Source: Octopus sinensis (lineage: Eukaryota). From it: a DNA stretch of 64,000 bases. A model generated the notes under the pieces. That model did no database searches. It was not told the DNA's origin and saw only the letters and a list, made by a program, of their open reading frames with translations. Positions 26,037-37,319 of the stretch are shown piece after piece. How positions within the stretch are numbered: position 1 is the stretch's first letter; every line of letters starts with the position of its first letter. A program made the position numbers and the translations under genes. The stretch is taken from the NCBI RefSeq assembly GCF_006345805.1, contig NC_043004.1, positions 74,214,001 to 74,278,000 on the forward strand, given 5' to 3'.

Positions 26037-26357
26037 TGCTTCCATATGATCTCCGTACGTTGACCTCTTCGGTTTGGCTGCAATTTTTGAAATTTTAAAA
26101 TTAAGTGAAAATATTCAAATTTGGTGTATTGATGTAATTTTTGACGCTGCATTGCAAGGTTTAATTCCTTTGATCCAGAAAAATTTTGAAAATAGTTACA
26201 GAGGTTTGAATTGTGGTAATTTATATTCAGTCGACAAAAAAGAAAGCATTTGGGAGTTGTCGTTTTGTGCGTGACTGCGATCGTAAGACGACTGAGCTAT
26301 AATGTGAACGTTGCAGCCAAACCGAAGAGGTCAACGTACGGAGATCATATGGAAGCA
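26037..26357. repeat. Perfect 47-bp inverted repeat with 227-bp spacer
   Basis: 26037-26083 is the exact reverse complement of 26311-26357. Confidence 0.9.
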
Positions 26358-26954
26358 CATGTTTTAAGTATTTAATAAGCGAAAATGATTTTAAGAAACC
26401 GTGTAAGCAGCATATTTTGTAGGTTTTCACAATCAGTATGCATTTAATTCGAAAAAGGATTAAACAACACATTATTTTTAAGAGTAGAAAAAGATGGGCA
26501 CAAGCTGGAAAACAGCACAAAAATCACGTGGTCTTTTGTAATCACTTTTCCAGCGTTATATATATATCTATGGGTTTCGATCGGCTAAAACAACTCAAAA
26601 TTTGCAATCCTTTAGAGCTATTAGTTCTTAATTTATTGACTTATGACGAAAGTTCATCTCATGTCAATAATGAGCATACTTAACAACACCAAACTTGAAA
26701 TCAATTGGAACAAAATTGCAGAAATTGAAAAACCGGCAGCCAAACAAAAAAGGACCACGGGCATTTCCATACATTCAGATCTTTGTGAATTAGCTTTTCT
26801 AAAACAAGTTTTCATATAATTTAGATAGATTTCATATAGCTTTTTAATGCAATAAGAACTTCTTGACTGAATAAATTTTATTTTTTTAAATGTGTGTGTA
26901 TTTGTGTATAATACACTTTCCTGTACTCATTTCGATTATTTTCTTACTTTACAG

Positions 26955-27124
26955 CAGTGCAGTCTTGCTATTGGAATTACTGTGGTGGTCACTGGTATAA
27001 TCCATATACTCAGAGGTGTTGTGGAACAACGATAATCCCCTGGTGGAGAGCACATTGTTGTCGTGGATGGTTGCATGGGTGGCCTTGGTGGAATAGGCAT
27101 TGGCATTGGTATCTCGTATGTTGA
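26955..27124 (+). CDS. Gene A exon 2: Trp/His/Cys-rich mature peptide (A)VQSCYWNYCGGHWYNPYTQRCCGTTIIPWWRAHCCRGWLHGWPWWNRHWHWYLVC*
   Basis: Pyrimidine tract and TTTACAG acceptor, phase matches exon 1, same CAGTGCAGTCT start as gene B exon 2. 3' UTR and AATAAA (27440) are homologous to gene B. Confidence 0.88.
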
Positions 27125-27651
27125 GATAAATCCCAGCAAGATACTAATTCTGTAAGCGACCAAGGATGAAATATGACAAATTGCTCGATCCTCTCTCAAT
27201 GATCCAATCACTTATATAATAACTTTCGTTATATAGATTACTAATGTTCCCATGCGATAAATGATGCTATTATTCATATAGTTTATATAATGCCGCTGAC
27301 ACCGACATTTCAAACCTTTTTCGTCTATAACATAAAACTTAACAAAATATTTGTCTTCATACAAATATTTTGTTATCTTTCTTTCGTCAGTCATAGATAA
27401 TTTGTTTAAATTGAGAAAGCATCATCGCACACAGAATTTAATAAAAAACTAAAATAAAATTTGGTGTATTCTAGTTTCTTTTTCGTTTTTAATAAGACAA
27501 AGTCTAAATGAATATAAGGACTCCCAATTTATATGAGTTGCAATCAAATTACACTTTGACATCAACATAGATTTGAAACAGTCTCTTCAAGATCCTAAAG
27601 TCAACAAAAATTTGCCATTATTGCAAGGTTTATCATATAGTTTTAAATGTA

Positions 27652-27708
<57 letters not shown>

Positions 27709-27711
27709 ACA

Positions 27712-28993
27712 TACGAGGGGCGTTCGATAAGTAATGCCCCTGACCCACTTCCCATAGCAGTAGAGAAACGAAACTTGGCACAGTTATTAGTCTTTTTCTA
27801 CATAGGAACCACCCAGAGTTACGCATTTCTCCCATCGTTTGATGCAGCTTTGGAGACCGTTTTATTAGAAGACCCCAGCTTGGTCATCCGACCACGACGT
27901 GACTTCAGAAATCAAGGCTGCATCATCTGGGAAACGCTTTTCCTTTCAAAAACAACTTCATGGCTGGGAAGAGGTGAAAATCAGAAGGTGCAAGGTCAGG
28001 AGAGTAGGGGGATGCGGAAGGAGTTCATAACCGCACGCCCGTGCTTCTGATCTGGCGACAAGCGAGTTATGGACCGGAGCGTTATCCTGCAGAAGGAGGA
28101 TATCTTTGCTGATCTTGCCCCGCCTCTTGATTTTTATAGCTTCTCTTAATTTCCTCAAAAGTGAAGCACAATAGGCTCCTGTAATTGTGGTACCCTTTGC
28201 CAGGAAATCTGTCATCACTACTCCGTCCTGGTCCCTAAAGACTGTGAGCATGACCTTACCAGCGGAGGGCTGCACCCTTGCCTTCTTTGGAGAAGGTGAA
28301 TCACGGTGCTTCCACTGCATTGACTGGGCTTTGGTCTCTGGATCATAGTGATGGACCCAGGTTTTATCCTGTGTAATCAGTCTTTTGAAAAATTTTGACT
28401 CATCTTCTTGGCACATCTCCAAATTCATCCTCGAGCACTCGACGCGTTCTTGCTTCTGGAAAGGTGTGAGCAACCTGGGAATCCATCTGGCAGACACCTT
28501 TTGCATATGAAAATGGTCATGAATGATAGTTTCCACAGACCCGGTACTAATCTTGACCTCATGGGCTATTTGGCGAATAGTTATGCGTCGATCTTCCAAA
28601 ATGGCAGCCTCAACCTGACGGACAGATGCCTCATCGACGGCAGATCTGGGAGCTGTTTCCACAGAGTTCCGACCATGTTTGAATTCACGATGCCAGCGTT
28701 TTACAAGGTCATATGATGGGGCATCATCACCATAAGTTACTTTCATTTCATCAAAAGTCTCCCGTGGTGTGCGTCCTTTCAAATACAAAAACCGGATCAC
28801 TGCTCGACACTCAACAGGCTCCATTTCACACTTGACTCAGTTCAAACACCTGTAAATCAGAAACCACAATTAGTTCAAAGATGTTATTTGCCACTTCATC
28901 TATAGAGATATAAATAATTGCACATGCAAAATTTCAGCTAGATCAAACAACTGCAAGTGGGTCTGGGGAATTACTTATTGAACGTCCCTCGTA
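27712..28993 (-). mobile_element. Full-length mariner element copy 2 (longest ORF, 288 aa; D,D34D after restoring one frameshift)
   Basis: TIRs with terminal TA; ORF 27958-28824. One C is missing in the PHPP C-run, and a TAA TAA follows downstream. Confidence 0.95.
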
Positions 28994-29083
28994 AATATGT
29001 ATTTGTGTGTGCATGCGTGCATGTCTATGTGTTTTTATGCATGTATATATGTGTATGTATATACGTATATATATACATGTATA

Positions 29084-29128
<45 letters not shown>

Positions 29129-29223
29129 TGTTGTAAGTATGTATATGTATATATGATTGTGCGTGTATTGTGATATGTTGTGTCTGTGTGTGAATATGTG
29201 TGTGTATGTCTCTCTCTCTCTCT

Positions 29224-29290
<67 letters not shown>

Positions 29291-29722
29291 ATAGTTGTAT
29301 ATACAACAAACAGGTGTATTAGTTTGATGCTCGGGAAAGTGAGAAAGTCTTTTATGTTTCGAATCAACGAAACATAAAGGTATAAGAGAAATAAACAGGG
29401 ACAGGATTAAAAAAAAGCACGCGTGGATTTAGCGATCAAGCACATTATATACATATATTCTCATCTCTTTCAACCCTGTCTTTTTTTTATCTCCCTTTCT
29501 TTCAAGCATTTTTCTACAGGTTTTTTTTTTTTGTTCTCTCTCACTTTATTTTCTCTTCTTGTTTTCTGTTGAAGAGCGCAGGCACGAAATATAAATGACT
29601 TTTTTCATTTTCCTGGGCGTCAAACTAAAATACTTGCTTGCAGTTCACACACCTGTCTTCGTCTTTTCTATAAATTTCAACTACACACACACACACACAT
29701 ACGTATATATGTATATGTATAC

Positions 29723-29816
<94 letters not shown>

Positions 29817-30139
29817 ATGCGTGTGTGTGTGTGTGTGTGTGTGTATGCATGTATATATATTATCGGGATTAGTATAAGTTTAAAGCTTATAGTGATCGCT
29901 GTGCAATGACTAGGGAAAATAGTCGAATAATGGGGCATATAAGAGAAACAGGAAGTAAAAGTGAGAGAAACTTGTGGTGAATGAGTACAGCATTAATATG
30001 TTACCGTGCAGACTTTTTACTACTTATATCTCGTTCGGAGATTTTATATATATATATATATATATATATGTCATACTAATACATCTGTTCGTTTTGTACA
30101 CCACCTGTCTTCGTCTTTTGTTTTTTTTTCGTAAACTCT

Positions 30140-30166
<27 letters not shown>

Positions 30167-30176
<10 letters not shown>

Positions 30177-30333
30177 TATTTGAGACAAACCACTATTTTG
30201 CAAAACAAACAAGGAAAGACTTAATCAATACATAAAATTTAATAAATAGTCATTTATTAAATTTTATGTATTGATTAAGTCTTTCCTTGTTTGTTTTGCA
30301 AAATAGTGGTTTTGTCTCAAATAATATTTTATA
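30167..30333. repeat. Near-perfect palindrome (about 81-bp arms, 4-nt loop AGTC)
   Basis: 30171-30247 pairs with 30252-30329 except for one homopolymer indel; pairing extends a few bases into the TA flanks. Confidence 0.92.
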
Positions 30334-30421
30334 ATATTTACTATAAAATTGGATTTAATCCTAAATCTGATTTTTTTTCCCTGTAAATTTGGATATATTC
30401 CCTAATATTTATTATATATAT

Positions 30422-30483
<62 letters not shown>

Positions 30484-30610
30484 TTCAGCAAAATTTAGAT
30501 TCGAATGAATATGGTACTTAATTTAGATGCACCAGAATTTTGAATGGTGTTATCCAAAAATTTGCGGGTTGATTATAATCAAAATAAGCAACAAGAATGA
30601 CTCCGGTAAT

Positions 30611-30696
30611 TTGGTACAATTGTTTCGCACTACATCATTTTATTAAAAGTTGTAAGTATTACAGCAGATGTAAGATGCTGAGTGCTAATCAGCCAA
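30611..30696 (-). ncRNA. Degenerate type I hammerhead (G8U) in a TA-flanked repeat
   Basis: Minus strand: UUGG-CUGAUUA-GCAC..UACAUC..GAUGUAGUGC-GAAA-CAAUUG-UA-CCAA. Confidence 0.7.
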
Positions 30697-30838
30697 TTAT
30701 ATAAGTTTTCCATAAATACAAAAGCTTTCAAATCAAGTAGCAACATTATAGAGAAGGTAGATATACAGACAAAGATGTAGATTTAAATTTTAAGAACATA
30801 AGAGGTAGTTCCATTAACCTAGTTCCTCTCACCAAATA

Positions 30839-30888
<50 letters not shown>

Positions 30889-31021
30889 ATGTATATATAT
30901 ATATATATATATAGGTAGATATATCCATATATATTCACACACGCACACATAAATACATATAATTACATATGTGTGTGTATGTATGTATATGCACATATCA
31001 AAAGATAGCAATACGTACATG

Positions 31022-31072
<51 letters not shown>

Positions 31073-31479
31073 TATATATATATATATATATATATATCAT
31101 ACACAGAGACACACAGACACACACACACACTTATATACACACATATATCAGTACTGACATGACAGAAGTAAATAGACAGCCTTATAATCATATGCACATT
31201 TATAAGTTTCAACTCAAAACCTGTTATGTAACATGAATTGTCTTAAGTTCACTTGCATGATGCATAAAGCAGTTTTTCTTTGTTTTTGTGTGAGAAAATT
31301 GCCATAACGTTGTCTGATTTGTTACAAGGTCGACTATACCTGTTATTCTTCTTGAGGCTCGATAAAATATCATCATCATTTTCCCTGGGGTGAAGAACAC
31401 ATAGGGTAGGTAATACTTTGTCACTGGTGTCTATTGGCTGCGCTTTTCGCTGGTGTTTTTCTCTTTCGTTTTCAGTCCG

Positions 31480-32265
31480 TTGATTTTGAATGGTATTGTT
31501 TTGGTAGCCGGAATTTATGGCTTACTAATTTTAATCTTCATTCTCTAACGATTTTGCTGTCGTCAATATATAAATGGTGTTGCCAGAACGATCGCAGGAT
31601 CTTTCTCAAGGATCTTTCATGGAACGCATCTAGTTTTCTCTTTTCACAATGTTCTTCGATGTCTCGCTGGCATAAAGAACTGTTGGGAGAACTATTCTAT
31701 TGTAGATTTTCCGATGGTGGTGGAAGACCAAATAGCACAGATTCTCAGGAATACATCTGCAGCTTTACTAATTCCACGGTTGTCGACAGATTCAAGTGTA
31801 ATTTCAATAAAGAACAAAATATGAATTTTTAGCAATAACGTAAAAGCGGTGTTATTGTATGGGGCTGGGACATGGCGAACAACAGTTAAGTCAAATAAGC
31901 AAATACAATCATTCATCAACAGATGCTTGCGTAGAATACTTAAAATTAGATGGCCCAAACACATAAGCAATATGGAGCTATGGCAAAGAACAAATCAAGT
32001 TTCGATTAGGGAGCAAATATTTAAGAAAAATTGGAAGTGGATTGGTAGCACAATTAGAAAAGACACAGCAAATGTAGCAAAAAGTTATTTACAGTGGAAT
32101 CCGGATGGATATAGAAAGAAAGGTAGGCCTAAGAACTCGTGGCGTAGATTAACACAAAAAGAACAAGAGAAAGAGGGACTTTCATAGCAGAGTATAAGTA
32201 CAGAAGCGAAAAAGTATGCGACATGGAATTCAATTATGAGTGGCCTATACTCCGTGTTGGAGGGT
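31480..32265. mobile_element. Two adjacent RTE-like LINE 3' remnants in opposite orientation
   Basis: Plus strand: LLYGAGTW..RCLRRILKIRW..WNPDGYRKKGRPKNSW (31849-32187). Minus strand: KLDAFHERSLRKIL (about 31600-31640). Confidence 0.75.
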
Positions 32266-33052
32266 TAAAGACAGAAAAAAATCTGTCGAAGAAGTCTATT
32301 TTCCTTGTTTCCATTGGAAAAAGGCATAGCGAATTTGTGTAAAATACTTTAAAGAGATTGACAAGGTATTAAGGAAAGCCATAGTTCCAAGCATTTCTAC
32401 ACAAGGACTCTTTGTAGATACTATAAACTGCCTTTCTAAAGTCAATAAATTTTAGCTTTTGTGATATTTGATACTCAACATACTGTTCAATTAAATTTCT
32501 GAGTGGGAAGATTTGCTCAGGACAGAATAAGTTGTTGCGAAACTCATCTTGTTCCTCTTGTGTTACAGTTTAACTTCTACAGCTTCCCTTGTCTTGTTTA
32601 GAAGTACTGCACCAAAAAATTGACCCGACACTAAAAGCCAGTTACTGTTGATGGACAGATCTCCATTATTTCGCAATTCCACAGTGATTCCCTCTCGCCA
32701 CTTCTATTACACCTTCTGCCCACACCAGCAGTAATTCACCAGACATAGCAATTAACTCACTACGGTATTTTCTCTATCTATGAGCACTCCTACGGTGATT
32801 TCATCGAATTCAGTAGCCTCGTTGTATTTTCACTCTTTGATTGCTTTCGTTGTCCGCTCCTTATTTGATCTGTATCTACATCTAGGGCTAGCTTATTCTT
32901 TTGCTGGCTATTTCTGTACAGTTCGTTAAATATTTCTTGAAAGTGTTCCAGCCATCGGTAATTTAGTTATTTTTGTCAGCAATGTTGTTACCTGCCAATT
33001 CTTCACTGCCGCATTTGAGCTGTTCTTTGTTCGAATTACATCTCATAGAATA

Positions 33053-33400
33053 TATTGGGTTGTCCAGAAAGTTCATGCGAATTTTTAAAGGAAAGAAAAA
33101 GGTCAATAAATACTTGCCATTACATTTTAATCAACCAAATATGAAACATTTTGTTGCACAATGCGTCTCCATCTTTCCTTTAACTTGAAAATACCCTCTT
33201 CCCAGAATTAAGGTGGTTTCATGGCAAAGAATTCATCAAGGTATCTTTTTACGTCATCCAGGGAATTGAAATTTTTACCATTAAGACTATTCTGCAGAGA
33301 CCTGAATAAGTGGAAATCCTAAAGAGCAATATCTGGTGAATATGGAGGGTGGGGTAACACATCTCAGGTGAGTTGCGGCAATTTTTGTCTGGTTCCCAAA
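33053..33400 (-). mobile_element. Mariner 3' remnant (family 3)
   Basis: Minus strand encodes HPPYSPDIA..DFHLFRSLQN; TIR-like TATTGGGTTGTCCAGAAAGTTC. Confidence 0.75.
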
Positions 33401-34589
33401 GCATCAAGTGCCGAAAAGGAACTTTCTTATCTTCATTTTAAAGGGTTATAGGAACGTAAACCTTCTTCCACGAAAAGATAGCTTAAACTGTGCTCTAAAT
33501 GGAAGTGTAGTCAAATCTTATTTTATGGACTCAACCATGTTCTAAAATAAGTCGAAAGGTAAGCTACTATAAATCGGCAGGAACTTTCCGGATAACCCAA
33601 TACTATAAAATTCTTGAATGATTTCGGCAGGCTGCTACTTCTGCAGACGCCATTATTTTATTCACAGTTTTTCACAACTTGTCTTTTCTCCTTAGCTGCA
33701 GTGCAGGATTCAGCATAGGTCGAGGCAGAGTGCCTGGCGCCAAGTGTATCTTCAGGCTTTCATGGCCTTCTGTTAGTAGGGCAATGTAATCGGTGGATGA
33801 TCCATCATGGCCTTCTATAAAGGCAATTGCGATGATGACTTAGGTAAGATTCTCGGAATTTAAAAGAATCAACTATCTGGTCTCTCCAGTAGGACGTCCA
33901 GCCTTCCAAAAATCCTTAACCTGGCTATTCTGTTGGAAGGAGTAGGAGCATTGCCAGTTCAAGGTACGGTCTACCGTTTCGGTAGTGCCGTCTGCTGGGC
34001 TTGCCTGAAATATGCACAGAGCAACGCATGCGTTCTGCATGTAGTTGTACAAAGTCCGAGCATTGTTGGCGTGTGGAATTATATCAAAACAGCTGCTGTG
34101 ACATGTATAACCGAACTGTTTATAATCCAGGATGATACCTTGCCTTCCACCTTTGCCTAGAATGGCAAGAGTTCCTTTAGTGATAAGCTTGTGAGAATGA
34201 CGGACTTCCGTTAGTGATAATCTGGTGGTGAAATTTCGCTGACATTTCGAAAGTGTAGCATGAGCGTTACCAATATATTTCAGACAAATCTCCTAGTTTG
34301 CAGCGAATATTTTCTCATCCACCAAGCGCAACGTTTCCTACGTAGTTTTCAGTTTCATTTTCAGTCCCAGATTGATAGATAGACGTCGAAGTATTGTTCA
34401 ATTTAATATCTATTTATTAGAAATAGCATCGCGCACTTCTTTGGGTTTAATAAAAGCGGTAACTTTAATTTATTTATAAATCAACATATTCCATTGTCCC
34501 CTGTTCTCCAATAAAGACCGGCATATAATATCTAATAAGATGCAGATTTTTTCTCAAAATAAATATTCTTTAAGTCAAGATCACTCTTT

Positions 34590-35450
34590 AGCTATTCAGG
34601 GCTCAATGAAAATGTACTGGTGGTTACGAGCACGGTGGCCCATCTAACCTAAACATGGTTTGGGAGGAAGCTATCCCTGACAGGAAGGGTGGAGGTGGCA
34701 AATGTGTTCATCGCATCTGTCATCATTTACCTGGGTTCGTTGCAAGCGGAGTGCCGTCAAGCACCTTCGCTTCTCTCCTAGACGGCCAATACGAGCAGTG
34801 GGGGTTCCACCTCGTCCTTCTATAGAGGGTTCGTTACAAGCACATGTGATGACGTCCTACGGGAGACTCTGGGTTTCGATGACAGTCAACTTGCCGGTCT
34901 GTTCCGGCGGACTTTTGGACGACGCCTATCAATAACTATCGGAAACCCCTGGCCTGGCAGTGCTACCGAGGAGCATTACACGTTCGAGATAAGCTTTTTA
35001 GACCCAGTAGTTCTACCATGCCGACATGTCCGAGATGCGAGCAGAGACGTGAAACTGTTTTGCACGCGATCGTACAGTGCCCGCAGATATCAGAACTAAG
35101 AGTTTATGTCGAATACCTGCTACCACGCATAGCAAGAGTACAACTATCTACCGAGTCCCTTATCAAGATCGATCCACCGCCTTCTCTTAACAAGGAAAGG
35201 TTGGTAACTTTTCTCTGCATTGTGGATGTCGCAAAAGAGGTCGTATGGTTGACATGCGTGAAAGGAATCACTACATGTATCTTTCTCTGCAGCCTTAGTT
35301 TGGTAAACTATTTTAAATACCAACTAAAAAGGAAAATAAGGATGGAGAGAAAGTACCTCCTACCGCGGAAGTTTGCAGTAAGATAGAAGAGTGTGGAGCG
35401 TTTGATGAGCATGAATGATCTAACTTGAGCGCAAATATCTATAGACAAAT
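34590..35450 (+). mobile_element. Tx1/L1-like LINE 3' remnant with CCHC zinc knuckle
   Basis: ORF 35018-35386 reads CPRC..ETVLHAIVQC..KEVVW. Confidence 0.7.
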
Positions 35451-35568
35451 AGAAAAGTGATCAGTGACGGTACGTGGCTTGTGGCGTCCCCACGACCCCA
35501 ATTCATTCTTGTTAATCATACGTTATCCACATTTTTCCATTAATTTCAATCCCGATATCTAATTAGTA

Positions 35569-35631
<63 letters not shown>

Positions 35632-36788
35632 TACACATAGATGCACATATACTCTGATAGAGATTGGGTAGCGTTCAACGTTTTATTTTCATTGTTTGTA
35701 GAACGGAGGCTTATAACAGACGCTAGAAGTGAGCTAGTACATCCTGTAGCAATATTATTCGATTAACGACGCTATGGAGCACAAATGCATGCCGTATCAG
35801 ACTGAAATATTTGTTCCAGTAGATAGTAAACGATATGTCTGTGTGTATGTGTGTTTGCTTTTTTAAAATTTATTTTTTGTTGTTGCTACTGTTCTCGGCA
35901 TCCTTGTTGTTGACGTTGTTTTTGCTAAGTATTATGCCCAGCTTCACATATAAATGTTATGTTTTTTTTTTATTAATTATCTTTTCATTGACCTTGTTTT
36001 GGAAAGTAAATTAGGAAAAACAGGTTTTCTAGCAACATTTTTCAAGACATTTTTCTTAAACAAGTTTCTAAGCCTGAGAGTGCAGCATTGGAAATTTAAA
36101 AGACAAGGTCCACATTGGAAACAACTGTTATAAAGCACAATTTTTTATGAACCTGAAAAATTTCCCTGAACTCCCAATTTACTATATTGCATCCGGTGAC
36201 CCCTAAAAATATTTTTATATATACTCCGGCTGAAAATTCCTGTTCTGAGCAGTCTTACATTTTATTATCTTAAATATTTGTTTATAGAACGGAGGACATT
36301 TAACTGATGCTAAAAGTGAGCTAATACATCCTGTACCAACATTATTTGATTGTTTTCTAACGACGCTTTTGTACATAAATCAATAAAATATCATATTGAA
36401 AGATTTGTACCAGTAGATAGTGAACGTTTAAACATGTTTGAATTTGCATTTTGATTTCAAAATTTACAAAGTAAGACATTATTCATTTTAAATGTGAGAT
36501 GTCGTCTACTGACCCATTCTCTGTATGGAAAAATTTGTCAAGGCATAATGGTATTGCTATCAGGTGTCACAAAACATGATTATTTCAAACGCCACCAATC
36601 AAGTTTGCTTTAATGAAAACAATTAATACTTCCACAAACAAAAGCATATGTTTAAAAATAACCTTCAGACATTCGTATTTCGGATGATATTTGTCAGTCT
36701 TAATTTGCAACTTTTGTTTTCTTAATTATTTTCGTGAGATATTCCCATCACACTCGTTTTGCAATTCGTTTCAATTGTTCACCAAATG

Positions 36789-36824
36789 TATAAATACCGA
36801 CGCTAAAGCCTTCCCGGATCAGTT
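36789..36824 (+). promoter_or_regulatory. Gene B core promoter: TATAAATA and Inr TCAGTT
   Basis: TATAAATA at 36789-36796 lies 32 nt before the A of TCAGTT (36821), which is 24 nt before the ATG. Confidence 0.75.
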
Positions 36825-36844
36825 TTTGATCTGGCAATTTGACC

Positions 36845-36893
36845 ATGATGCAACGAACATTAATCATCTTCGCTCTCCTGCTGTTTGTAACAG
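36845..36893 (+). CDS. Gene B exon 1: signal peptide MMQRTLIIFALLLFVT(A)
   Basis: ATG, hydrophobic core, phase-1 G|GTAAG donor; paralog of 17919-17967. Confidence 0.9.
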
Positions 36894-37319
36894 GTAAGAA
36901 AAATAGACAAACATTTGCATTCCACTTATCTCTTCTCTCTCTCATTTGTGTATTCGTTTTGTGCTGTAGCTATCACTTGGTGGACTGAGAGAATGTTCCT
37001 AACGTTGTGGTATTGGTTAAGGTTTTTTATGTTCCTCGTTTGATAAGGGCCAAGCCGATGTTAACTTTTACTCATCAGTGGGGGTCGATGATAGACAGTC
37101 AAGTCTAGTCTTATCCCTTTCCTTAACCTATGAAATCTTGTGCGTATGTTATTAAATCACGATTACATGAGATATTTAATTAATTATATTCTGCCTTAAA
37201 CTTTGTTCTGCTGGATTTTCTGAAAACTAGCAAAATACGAAGGTAGACGGAATGAATTTTGGATGTATTCATTTCAACTTTTCTAATTAATAACTACACT
37301 TTCCCTTCAAGCTAGCCTG

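Noticed and set aside
27122-27169. Stop read-through or UGA-to-UGG editing giving a 14-aa tail (DKSQQDTNSVSDQG)
   Set aside because: Not conserved in gene B and no direct evidence.
26936-27211. 91-aa Pro-rich minus-strand ORF
   Set aside because: Antisense shadow of gene A exon 2; the plus frame is supported by the paralog, splice sites and signal exon.
27958-28824. Active mariner transposase
   Set aside because: Frameshift before the third catalytic Asp, 12-bp deletion after the HTH, and premature stops even after frame correction.
29560-29600. Possible further hammerhead variant CUGUUGA-A-GAGC..GCAC-GAAA
   Set aside because: Core A6 is changed and stems II and III are broken; too degenerate to call from one copy.
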